This document shows, one piece after another, positions 11,601-22,975 of a stretch of 64,000 nucleotides of DNA. The notes below the pieces were generated by a model, which saw only the letters and a list, made by a program, of their open reading frames with translations, made no database searches and was not told the DNA's origin. The DNA lies in NCBI GenBank assembly GCA_964036045.1, contig OZ038379.1, forward strand, positions 25,792,001 to 25,856,000, read 5' to 3'. The number at the start of each line of letters is the position of its first letter. Position 1 is the stretch's first letter. This DNA is from Eutreptiella sp. 'Long Island Sound 2002' (lineage: Eukaryota; Protista; Euglenida). The translations under genes and the position numbers were made by a program.

Positions 11601-14600
11601 AGGTCGGGGTCAAAATGTTTTTTCGTGTTTTTCACCCATTTTTTGAATTCTCCACACATTTCTCTATTTTGAGCATAGATCCATCGGGTAAAACAAAACA
11701 CATTTCCCCCTCGGGAAGCCATAAAAAGTTTTCCGGCGCTTTTGGCACCAACAGTTTCCCCAAACATAACCACAAAACAAGGGGGCTGCACAGAAGCTCG
11801 TTCCCCCCTATACTATACCACACCATGTTAGGTTCTCTGCTTGCGTACTATTGCGCACTTTGAGAACATTACGGTGCACTCAGTGACTATTCTACCACTA
11901 TCGCTCAACAGCTATATCACACCATTTTACGTTCTCCGCTTGCGTACTATTGCGCACTTTGAGAACATTACGGTGCCCTCAGTGACTATTCTACCACTAT
12001 CACTCAACAGCTATACTACACCATTTTAGGTTCTCAGCTTGCGCAATATTGCGCACTCTAAGAACATCACCGTGCCCTCAGTGACTATTCTACCACTATC
12101 ACCCAACAGCCGGCCGCCTTCTGACGGTGCCCGTGCCATCCCCCCCCCCCCCCCTGCGCAGAGCAATTTTCGGGTCGCCCAGATGCCTGTAGTAGCTCAA
12201 TATCAGAGGTGCAAAGGTTCTGTTACTCATTGAAGTGTCATAAACGGCAGCAAACAGTTTGCATGCAGACCTCACATTTTGCACGCAGATTCCTGTTGCC
12301 AAGATTCTCTGCACTGCACGTCTCCAATCATTTCTTGTTTTTGCGTCAGACTGCCTGCAATACGAATGAGAGCGTGTGCGGGGGTATGGAGAAAGGCCTG
12401 TGTAATTGTGGTGGTTGCACGAGTGTGTGCCAGCGTGTATGTGTGTGTGTTGATGTTTGCAGCAGCCCGGAGGGAGAGGTGCAGAGGTGTTCTGTTAGTC
12501 ACTGAACGACCACAAACGGCAGCAAACAGTTTGCGTGCAGACCTCACATTTTGCACGCAGATTCCTGTTGCCAAGATTCTCTGCATCACATGGTCCCAAA
12601 GGCTTTTGTTTCTGGGCTTAGATGTGTCTGGCATGCATGGTAGAGTGTGCAAAAGCATTGAGAAAGGCATGTGCAGGATTGTGTGTAGGTACAGGCTGGG
12701 AATACACTTGCTTTGCCGGGGGGGAGATGGCATGGAACCCCCCCCCCCCCTTGGTTGCCGTTCTGGGACGAATTCTCAGGTGGGGTAGGCGGGTCAGCCG
12801 GTCAGCTTCTGGGGTCCCCGGGGGGAACGGGGGGGTTGGTGGGTACCCCAACATACATACATACATACATCAAAATGATCCCCAAGATGCGCTGATCATT
12901 TTGAACATACGGAAGCGGGAAAATTTGTTTGTCAAAAAATTTTTTGCCGATCAGCTCAAGCTCCCATCAGCTAAGGTCTGACCCGGAGGTCAGGTCGGGG
13001 TCAAAATGTTTTTTCGTGTTTTTCACCCATTTTTTGAATTCTCCACACATTTCTCTATTTTGAGCATAGATCCATCGGGTAAAACAAAACACATTTCCCC
13101 CTCGGGAAGCCATAAAAAGTTTTCCGGCGCTTTTGGCACCAACAGTTTCCCCAAACATAACCACAAAACAAGGGGGCTGCACAGAAGCTCGTTCCCCCCT
13201 ATACTATACCACACCATGTTAGGTTCTCTGCTTGCGTACTATTGCGCACTTTGAGAACATTACGGTGCACTCAGTGACTATTCTACCACTATCGCTCAAC
13301 AGCTATATCACACCATTTTACGTTCTCCGCTTGCGTACTATTGCGCACTTTGAGAACATCACGGTGCCCTCAGTGACTATTCTACCACTATCACTCAACA
13401 GCTATACTACACCATTTTAGGTTCTCGGCTTGCGCAATATTGCGCACTCTAAGAACATCACCGTGCCCTCAGTGACTATTCTACCACTATCACCCAACAG
13501 CCGGCCGCCTTCTGACGGTGCCCGTGCCATCCCCCCCCCCCCCCCTGCGCAGAGCAATTTTCGGGTCGCCCAGATGCCTGTAGTAGCTCAATATCAGAGG
13601 TGCAAAGGTTCTGTTACTCATTGAAGTGTCATAAACGGCAGCAAACAGTTTGCATGCAGACCTCACATTTTGCACGCAGATTCCTGTTGCCAAGATTCTC
13701 TGCACTGCACGTCTCCAATCATTTCTTGTTTTTGCGTCAGACTGCCTGCAATACGAATGAGAGCGTGTGCGGGGGTATGGAGAAAGGCCTGTGTAATTGT
13801 GGTGGTTGCACGAGTGTGTGCCAGCGTGTATGTGTGTGTGTTGATGTTTGCAGCAGCCCGGAGGGAGAGGTGCAGAGGTGTTCTGTTAGTCACTGAACGA
13901 CCACAAACGGCAGCAAACAGTTTGCGTGCAGACCTCACATTTTGCGCGCAGATTCCTGTTGCCAAGATTCTCTGCATCACATGGTCCCAAAGGCTTTTGT
14001 TTCTGGGCTTAGATGTGTCTGGCATGCATGGTAGAGTGTGCAAAAGCATTGAGAAAGGCATGTGCAGGATTGTGTGTAGGTACAGGCTGGGAATACACTT
14101 GCTTTGCCGGGGGGGAGATGGCATGGAACCCCCCCCCCCCTTGGTTGCCGTTCTGGGACGAATTCTCAGGTGGGGTAGGCGGGTCAGCCGGTCAGCTTCT
14201 GGGGTCCCCGGGGGGAACGGGGGGGTTGGTGGGTACCCCAACATACATACATACATACATCAAAATGATCCCCAAGATGCGCTGATCATTTTGAACATAC
14301 GGAAGCGGGAAAATTTGTTTGTCAAAAAAAATTTTGCCGATCAGCTCAAGCTCCCATCAGCTAAGGTCTGACCCGGAGGTCAGGTCGGGGTCAAAATGTT
14401 TTTTCGTGTTTTTCACCCATTTTTTGAATTCTCCACACATTTCTCTATTTTGAGCATAGATCCATCGGGTAAAACAAAACACATTTCCCCCTCGGGAAGC
14501 CATAAAAAGTTTTCCGGCGCTTTTGGCACCAACAGTTTCCCCAAACATAACCACAAAACAAGGGGGCTGCACAGAAGCTCGTTCCCCCCTATACTATACC

Positions 14601-15293
14601 ACACCATGTTAGGTTCTCTGCTTGCGTACTATTGCGCACTTTGAGAACATTACGGTGCACTCAGTGACTATTCTACCACTATCGCTCAACAGCTATACCA
14701 CATCATGTTAGGTTCTCCGCTTGCGTACTATTGCGCACTTTGAGAACATCACGGTGCCCTCAGTGACTATTCTACCACTATCACTCAACAGCTATACTAC
14801 ACCATTTTAGGTTCTCAGCTTGCGCAATATTGCGCACTCTAAGAACATCACCGTGCCCTCAGTGACTATTCTACCACTATCACCCAACAGCCGGCCGCCT
14901 TCTGACGGTGCCCGTGCCATCCCCCCCCCCCCCCCTGCGCAGAGCAATTTTCGGGTCGCCCAGATGCCTGTAGTAGCTCAATATCAGAGGTGCAAAGGTT
15001 CTGTTACTCATTGAAGGGTCATAAACGGCAGCAAACAGTTTGCATGCAGACCTCACATTTTGCACGCAGATTCCTGTTGCCAAGATTCTCTGCACTGCAC
15101 GTCTCCAATCATTTCTTGTTTTTGCGTCAGACTGCCTGCAATACGAATGAGAGTGTGTGCGGGGGTATGGAGAAAGGCCTGTGTAATTGTGGTGGTTGCA
15201 CGAGTGTGTGCCAGCGTGTATGTGTGTGTGTTGATGTTTGCAGCAGCCCGGAGGGAGAGGTGCAGAGGTGTTCTGTTAGTCACTGAACGACCA
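2661..15293. repeat. Intronic macrosatellite: nine tandem units of about 1.39 kb, near-identical
   Basis: Anchor CAAACGGCAGC recurs at 2661, 4052, 5552, 6945, 8338, 9730, 11122, 12513, 13904 and 15294 (spacings 1390-1393, one of 1500). Confidence 0.97.
3370..3650. repeat. 99-bp minisatellite inside each macrosatellite unit (3 copies; 4 in unit 2)
   Basis: The repeat ttctccgcttgcgtactattgcgcactttgagaacatcacggtgccctcagtgactattctaccactatc.. has a 99-nt period (33-aa period in the ORF track). Confidence 0.93.
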
Positions 15294-15652
15294 CAAACGG
15301 CAGCAAACAGTTTGCGTGCAGACCTCACATTTTGCGCGCAGATTCCTGTTGCCAAGATTCTCTGCATCACGTGGTCCCAAAGGCTTTTGTTTCTGGGCTC
15401 AGAGTGCGTTTGGCATGGACCAGAGAGTGTGCAAGAGCATTGAGACAGGCGTGTGCAACAGTGTGTGCAAGACAGAGAGAGAGAGAGAGAGAGAGAGCGT
15501 GTGTGTTCTTGCACATGCTTGCAGTAGCTCTGTTGCAGAGGTGGTCTGTTGCTCGTTGAATGATTCCCAGCAAACGTCAGCAAACAGTTTGCGTGCAGAC
15601 GTTGCATTTTGCATGCAGATTCCTGTTGCCAAGATTGCTCTGCATTGCACAG
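15266..15652 (+). repeat. 387-bp direct repeat of 2136-2522, bracketing the array
   Basis: Near-identical sequence, including the (GA)n tract, on both sides of the array. Confidence 0.92.
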
Positions 15653-16506
15653 TGCTCAATCATTTTGTTTGTGGCACAGTGTGCATGTGGCACATGCCAA
15701 AGCGTGTATGAAAGCATCGGCAATGGCGTGTGCAAGACTATGTGTGCATGTGGATGCTTGCAGTACGCAGCTCAGTGGCAGAGGGGCACCCACGTTGTGC
15801 CATTTGTTATGTAGTTTTCAAACGGCAGCAAACAGTTTGCATGCAGACCTCACATTTTGCATGCAGATTCCCGTTGCCAAGATTCTCTGCATTGCACGAT
15901 ATTCAATCCATTTTTTTTAAGCCCGGAGTGTGGCATTTCCTAGCGGGTACTGTGGAGAAATCTATGTGCTTGGCTGCGTGCCAGTGTGTGCGTGTGCGTG
16001 TGAGTGTGCGAGTGTGGCAGGATTCGCTTGGAAGGGCCACTTCCTTCAGTTAACTATTTAACGTTCGCACGCTGCAGCAAATGATTTGCGGGGAGCCTCA
16101 CAATTTGCATGCAGATTCTTATTGCCAAGATTCTGTGCATTGCATGGCCCCCATTTATTGTATTTTCAGTGTAGAGTGCCTGTGGCATGTGCCAGAGAAT
16201 AGGGTGGTCAAAGGTGCAAGTGTGTGCCAGCGGCAAGGCGCACCCCCACTGAACGATCGCCAAATGGCAGCAAACATTTCGTGCGCAGACCTCAGTTTTG
16301 TGCACGGATTCCTGTTGCCAAGATCCTCTGCATTGTGTGGTCTCAGACTTGCAGGATTGCATTACAGAGTGTGTAACAGTGCCTTCAAAGGCAGGAGAGT
16401 GCAGGGACTGTGCAGGGGGCGTCCACAGGGGTGTGGACCAGCCGCCTCCCAGCGTGGGGCAGGCACTCGACCGTACAGCGGCGCAAATCCCTCTTTTTGT
16501 CGTCAG

Positions 16507-16676
16507 AACAACGTCCAGAAATGGCTGCAGTCCGCCCACGATTTGATTCTCGTGTTCAAGAAGATGAAGCAACCCACGCCTCAGGCCATGGCCACGGAGC
16601 TGAAGGATCGGCTCCTGGAGTTCCAGCGCTATCTGCCACTGGTGCAGTGCCTGCGGAACCCGGGCATTCGGGAACG
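16507..16676 (+). CDS. Dynein heavy chain exon (DHC_N2)
   Basis: cgtcag acceptor; NNVQKW..ELKDRLLEFQRYLPLVQCLRNPGIRE(R); phase 0 in, phase 2 out. Confidence 0.93.
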
Positions 16677-18116
16677 GTGCTGCCCTTCTCTTGCACCGCA
16701 AGCCTCGTCTGAACTCCGCAAGAACAGTCGTCCCTGCCTCCCCTGACAAAGTGACGGGGGCTACGCCTCCTCGCTCCCGGCCGCGCGCCAGCTTCCCCCC
16801 CCACCCCCCCGCCTGCGAGAACCCTTGCGATGGCCGAATGGCCTGTGTCAGGGGGGCGTTCCGTCGCTTGCGAGACGACGCCCTTTTTCGGAACAACAGC
16901 AGGTGCCGTTTCCGCGGCTTTTGGGACCTTGTCTTACTGTGCCCTTCATGAATACCCCCCCCCCCCCTCCTCGTCAGAACAACACGAGGTGTTGTTTCCG
17001 TCAAATTTGGGGACTTTATTGTCGGATATTATGGGATTTTGTTCTCTGAAGGGGGGGCTACGTCAGTGGGAGAAGGAGAGGAGTGCGTGAGGGTGCCTGT
17101 GATACAGTCAGACTTTCGGCAGCGACCGCCCCATGGGATGTACTTGGAGGGTGCACGGACCTCATAGAGGCCACTGCAGGGCCACGGGGGGCCTGGCTGC
17201 CCGGGTTGACTGCAACGCACTGGCCTACGTGCCTGTGGGGCTGTGGGATGATGTGCGCAGTGCCAGCGTCACCGGGGCTTCCGGTTGCGTTCACCCCCTC
17301 TTGCGCGCGGGGGGGGGGGCAACCCCCGTGCCCTTCGCAGTGACTGGGGGGGGCATTCTTTGCACAGGAAAAGCACGGCAGCCCTGTGGGTCAGGGCCCC
17401 AATACAAAGCCAAGCTACAAGCGCGGCATTGGGTCTAGTCCTTTGCCTCCGATGCAACGGACGCAATGTGTGTCATCGGACCTGCGCATGCGCTCGTTGT
17501 GATTGTGGACCGACTGCACGCCCGCAATTGAGGCCGGGCAGCGCCTGCAGTGGCCGGGCTCTGAAGAACAGAGTCCTGCTGCCGGAGGGTCCGCCCACAG
17601 CATCTGTCACCCTCACCTGAACTGTCGCTGTGAAGCGTGTGAGGGGGGACCCGAACCCCACGCCCACTGCAGATTCCCAAACCTACGCCCACGGGCAGTG
17701 TCTTTTCGCAGGCAGTGTCTTTTCGCCTGCACAGACGGGCTTGTTGGGTGCACGGGGAGGTTCATTTCCGCGTTTGCCTGTTGCCCCCCCCCCAATTTTG
17801 GTGACTGGTCAGTGGACAATGCCCCCCCCCCCCTCTCTGATGTGTGGTCAGATGGCTCAGGATTTGAGGAGAAAATATGCAAAATAAAAGATTAACTGAA
17901 AAAACTGCTGAAGAGGCTTCAGCCGGCCGCGAGCCTGTTACACACACATTTGGCCAGCCGTTGTACCCGTGACAAGTGTCAAATGCTGCTGCCATGCATC
18001 TGCAAAAGGTCGCTGCACTGTGGCAGTTAGCGACCTTTACAGTAACATCAGAGGGCCGCGGCAGTGTGGCTGCAACAAGGCTGCTGCAGGTACCACCCCC
18101 TCTGCTGCAACCGCAG

Positions 18117-18287
18117 GCATTGGGTTCAAATCTGCGAGGAAACCGGCAAGAATCTGCGTGACCCAAGACTGACACTGCAAGACCTTGTGGGCATGGACAT
18201 GCTCACCCACATGCCCATTCTGGAGGATGTACTGCGGCAGGCCATCGAACAGGGCCGCATAGAGCAGGCCATCGAGCAGATGAAGAG
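18117..18287 (+). CDS. Dynein heavy chain exon (DHC_N2)
   Basis: ccgcag acceptor completes R-H-W; LTLQDLVGMDM..IEQAIEQMK(R); donor GTATGC. Confidence 0.93.
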
Positions 18288-19196
18288 GTATGCAGTGGAA
18301 ACCTTGTCACGGGGAAGTGGGGCTTCAAGTCTGTAGTGGCTTTGTTCGCTTTATGCACTGCATTTCTGCAGGACGTGCTGTAGTGGGCAGGGGATTGTTT
18401 TTGGTTGCTGTGGAATAATGGGGGGGGATTGCGTCATGGGTTCACAACTGAGTACACCCAAGTACGTGTGCTGTTTTTGTGCCTGAGAAAGTGCCTCGCT
18501 GGGTACCGGCCTACAGTGCCATGACTGTGCATGCCCACACCATCCAGGAGGGGTTTCACCCTCGTCTTTTGCGTGCGGGTTTGGGCATTGTGATTTTTGT
18601 CATCAACAGCGAAGCTCACAGGGAGAGGGTGTTGCTGCACATTGCCCAGGGGGAGGCATGGCGGGCGTTGGCCTCACGGGTCCCTGGTTTCCTAGCGCGT
18701 CCCACTCAAAACTGTCCGGGTCAGGGCTATGGTCTCAAGTGTGCAGCGTCGCATGTACATGCAGAGTTGTACTGCATTTGCTCTGCCTCCGTTCCTGCCT
18801 GCCCTCCCTTCCGCCCTCCCTCTTGTTCTCGCACTTCCTTTCCTGCCTCCCTTTCTTGCCCTCCCCCCCTCGCTCCCCCCCTCCCCAGGCCTCGTTTATA
18901 AGAATTAAGTTGCAAAGGGGGGGGGTCTGGGTGGTTGGGTCTTCAGCTGGGTGGGTCTAGAGCTGTGGACCCCCCCCCTCTTGTAATTCCGAAGGTTTCC
19001 TCGGTCGGGCACCTGCCACACCCTCTTTCCTTGTTTCCAGAAGCCTTGTCTGGTTGTGTGCTGTTGCCCCTTTTCAATATGCCAAAATCTCTCTGTGGTT
19101 GAGGGCCAAAAGGGAGCACCTGAAGAGTGACAAACATAAGCAATGGGAGAAAGCAAAGAAACTATGGGCCCACTCAATTTTCCCAAGGTGACCCCA

Positions 19197-19335
19197 GTGC
19201 AGCCAACAGAAACTACAGCAGCCAGCAGTAGTTCCAGCTCTAGAAGCAGCAGCAGCTCCAGCAGCAACAGCAACAGTCCTGCACAGAACAGCAGTGCTGC
19301 CTAGCAGCAGCAGCAGTAGCAATAGCAGCAGCAAG
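19197..19335. repeat. Imperfect (CAG)n-rich tract
   Basis: Runs of agcagcagc interrupted by variants. Confidence 0.8.
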
Positions 19336-21655
19336 AGGAAGTACAGGATTGGGGCATAGGACAGAAAAACCCAAAAAGAAAAAAATCAGAAAAATAACAA
19401 AAAGAAAAAAAAAGCATAAAACATTTTCTAGCGTGTATGGCAGCATCAATGGGTGATTTGCATATTGATGATTTTCCTTTTCTTATGTATGTCAACTTTT
19501 GGGGCTGGGATGCCTAACCCGGGAGAGCGCCTTGGCTTCAATTTGACTTACAAAAAAATCACCCCACAGAAATATAAAAGGGGGGGGGTCTAGGTGGGTC
19601 CGAAGTCGGGTGGGTGGATCTCATCCAAAATACCCCCTCTTATACACAAGGCCTGCCCCTCCCTCACCCTTCCTCCTGCTACCCAGGGAATGCCGTGCAT
19701 GCAGTGCGCACGCTGTACAGATTTTTTATGTCAGCAACTCCTTGAACCCTAGTTTTGGCCCCTTTTTACAAGATTGTTGTTCCATAACAAGGTTTTTACG
19801 CTTCTTGTGCATTCAGGATGTGGCACTTTTGAGTTGCCACCCATTTTCACCCATTTTCAGCCATTTTAGCCCATTTTCACCCGGTTTTGCTGCACGTTCT
19901 TTGTTATAGGTGGATACTGGATTATGATGATGGGGAATCATGGGGAATCATGATGGGGATGATCATGGGGAATGCAACAAATCGGCAGTTGGGTTGTTAC
20001 ACACTCCTAAGCGGATGCCAACCTTCATGGCCATTGCCTTGCTATCTCTAAGAAACAATGTCCTTTGTGGATTCTCTGTATGAGCTAGCACTTGAACCGT
20101 CCATCCGCGCTGTCGGATCATCGAAAATCAGTAGCATGGCTTATCAGTAACGGCCCACATAGTGCTGCATATTGCTACGGTCCCAATCGGGTCAAGGCAG
20201 AATGCCAATGTCCCTAGAAGGCTGCCACCATCTTCAAACACGCTCACGCCACAACAGACTGTGCTTGGCCACGGCCACCAACCACCAAGGATATGAAGAC
20301 CCTTGTGACACCTGCATGAATGCAGGGTGGTTTCCTCCCTTCCTCCCTGACTGGGTTTTATAGCGTGGGCACAACACGCAATGTCCACGCAGTGCGCACG
20401 CAGCGCCAACAACGCAGTGCATCCCCCAGTCTCCCCAAATCAGCACCCAAGTGCTGAGCCCGAATCAGCAGATTTCTAGCAGCACCAGCAAAAAAGACCA
20501 TGTACTGAAGGTTCCTGTGTTGGTGAGAAATCCCTGAAGGCAACTGTGCTCCATTTTTGTGAACAGACAATTCTCATAGAAAAGTGTTTTGTTTGTGGCA
20601 GCAAGGGGTCGACGTTGACTTCAACCAATGACCTTAACACAACTCAACAGTCTTGGTTTGAAGAACAACACTGGGGCATTGCAATAGGGTCTTTGTTGTG
20701 TTCATTGTGTGCGCAGTATTTTTTTTGCAAAGAAGACAGCAATGTCAGTAGCAGGGACCAACGAAGCAACATGATAACTGCTGCCAAGAAGGCCAAATCT
20801 GATCAGCTCAAGCAGCCCGGTGGTGCTAGGAAGCACGTTGCAAAACATGTGACAGTTGATCAGGGTGTTGACAAGTATGGCAAGCATGTGCTGTACAACA
20901 ACAGTTGGTTGTTGTTGTGCAAATGTTTGTTGTTGTCGTCGTGCAAATGTTTTGGGAAGAAGGTGCATTATCACTGGTTGGGCAGCAGCATTTGTTGGCC
21001 AAACATTGCCTGATCATACTGACATACGGTGGTCCTCAGCATGTGATGCTTCTGAACATCATCCATACTTTTGGTTGCTCAGCTCAAAGGGCTTGAGGCA
21101 GCCCGCAAGGAAGAAAAGGACAGAGGCAAAGACCAGGCCAATGACCACAAAACAGAGCAGGCAGGGGACTGCCCATCTGGGACATACTACTGCTCAAGGA
21201 TGGCACACAGACCAAGGAGTGAATTTTCCAAAATTTCTGAGATATTTGGGTTTCCAAATGACTCCAAGTGCACAACAACCAAAAGGAAGGTGTTTTGTGC
21301 CCTTGAACAGTGTGGGACAGACAGCAAACCCCACACCCCTGGCCTGATTTATGCCAATTTACCCCTGCCCGAATCGTTGAGCCTGGCTCAGTGGATTGGG
21401 CCCCAAAACAGCCGGGGGGCTTGCTCCTGTCAACAGGGGCGTTGTAGGAGTTGGAAGCTGAGAGGGAAGGCTACACACCGGGTATGAGATGTAGTATGCA
21501 AAGACGAGTCCAAACTACAGGTGCAGTAAGAAGTCCAAGCGACAGCCACATAAACAGTCCCCAGGCAGACGGCTTGTGCACTGTATCGTGTACCTCACTC
21601 CAACTCCAACCCCCCCCCCCTCCCGCTCTCCCATTGTGTGTGTTGTCGCCCCCAG

Positions 21656-21857
21656 GGAGTGGAAGACGATGCCACTGAGGCTGGTGGCTGCACGGTTCTC
21701 AGAGAACACTGAAACGCTGTGCCTTCAGAGCGCAGATGACGTGCTGACACTTTGCCAGCACCAAGTGATACAGACCCACGACCTCAAGTCATCCCCCGGG
21801 GCCCAAGGAATCTTCACGCTACTGAAGCAGTGGGAGACTCAGATTCAGTACATGGAG
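21656..21857 (+). CDS. Dynein heavy chain exon (linker)
   Basis: cccag acceptor; (R)EWKTMPL..LKSSPGAQG..KQWETQIQYME; donor GTCTGT. Confidence 0.92.
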
Positions 21858-22975
21858 GTCTGTATGCGACGCCTGATGCGTTGTGTCTCCGGACATGCCC
21901 CAGGGCTGTGCTTGCGTCCGTCCCTGGGCCGATGCCCAATGCTTGTGCGACCGGTGCTTACGCTTGGGCCTGTGTACCGGTGCTTCTTCCCATGCCCAAA
22001 CACATGTCATGCGCATCCCTCTCCCTGTGTGTCTGGGGATGGCCTCTGTAGTGCCCAGATGTACGCAGGGTGCCCAGACAGCCAATACGCCATCACCCCC
22101 CCAACCCCGGCCTCCCTGTGTGACACGTGGTCCTCAACAGTCACCCACAACTGGTCATCCTTTGACAGTGGGCGTTCACGACCATGAAGGGGGGCACATG
22201 CACGGACTTGCGAGGACGAACGGCTGAAGCCATCCAGGGTGCAGACACTCAGTCAATCAGAATCGACCATCCCCCCCCCACCCCCCACCCCACCGTCGCG
22301 TCACACAACTCCTCCTGCACAAGCGCTCTGGGGGGCCAGGAGGGCGCGGACCCGATCTTGTGCACGCACTCCTCTCCTCCCCTTTGTACAGAGCCCCAGG
22401 CGGCAGAGCCTCAGCGCATGGGGTGCAGCACAGACTTGATGCAACAACCGGCGGCCTCCCCTTGCTACACGAGGACGAGGGCAGGGGGGGCGCAGCAAGC
22501 AGTGGGCACTCTGTTGGTGGTTGTGCAGCGGAACGGCGGAGGACAAAGTGGGCAGGTCAGGGCATGGGGTGATCACCAGGACAAAGCGGGGGGGGATGGG
22601 GGGGGCAGCCAAGGGACGATGGGGCCTCGAGGTGAGGCCAATGCAGCTGAAAGCGCATTCGCACCCGTGGGGCTGCCGCACCACCCCCGAAGGCCAGTTT
22701 ACTCCACATGTGTCCACGATGCAATGGTTATCTGAAGGTGCCCAGGCAGGCCCCGAGCCACTGTTGGCTGCTTCCACAGCCATAGTTTGGTTCATGAAAG
22801 TCTCACTGCTCATGTTGTGCCCATGATCCCCTGCCAATCCATGTCCAGAACCTTGGTCGAAGGGGTTCATTCTTGTGTCTAATGAGGCATTCCACATGCA
22901 TATGTTTGTTTGTGTTTGTGTACGAGCGCAAGACATGCAGTGCAGTGCAATGCAATGCCGTACAATGACAAAGTA

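Noticed and set aside
2037-15920. Dozens of repeated 60-234-aa ORFs in the ORF track
   Set aside because: They arise from the tandem array, shift frame with homopolymer length and show no protein motifs.
16054-17004. 316-aa minus-strand ORF
   Set aside because: It is an antisense shadow of a GC-rich exon plus repeats, with no motif.
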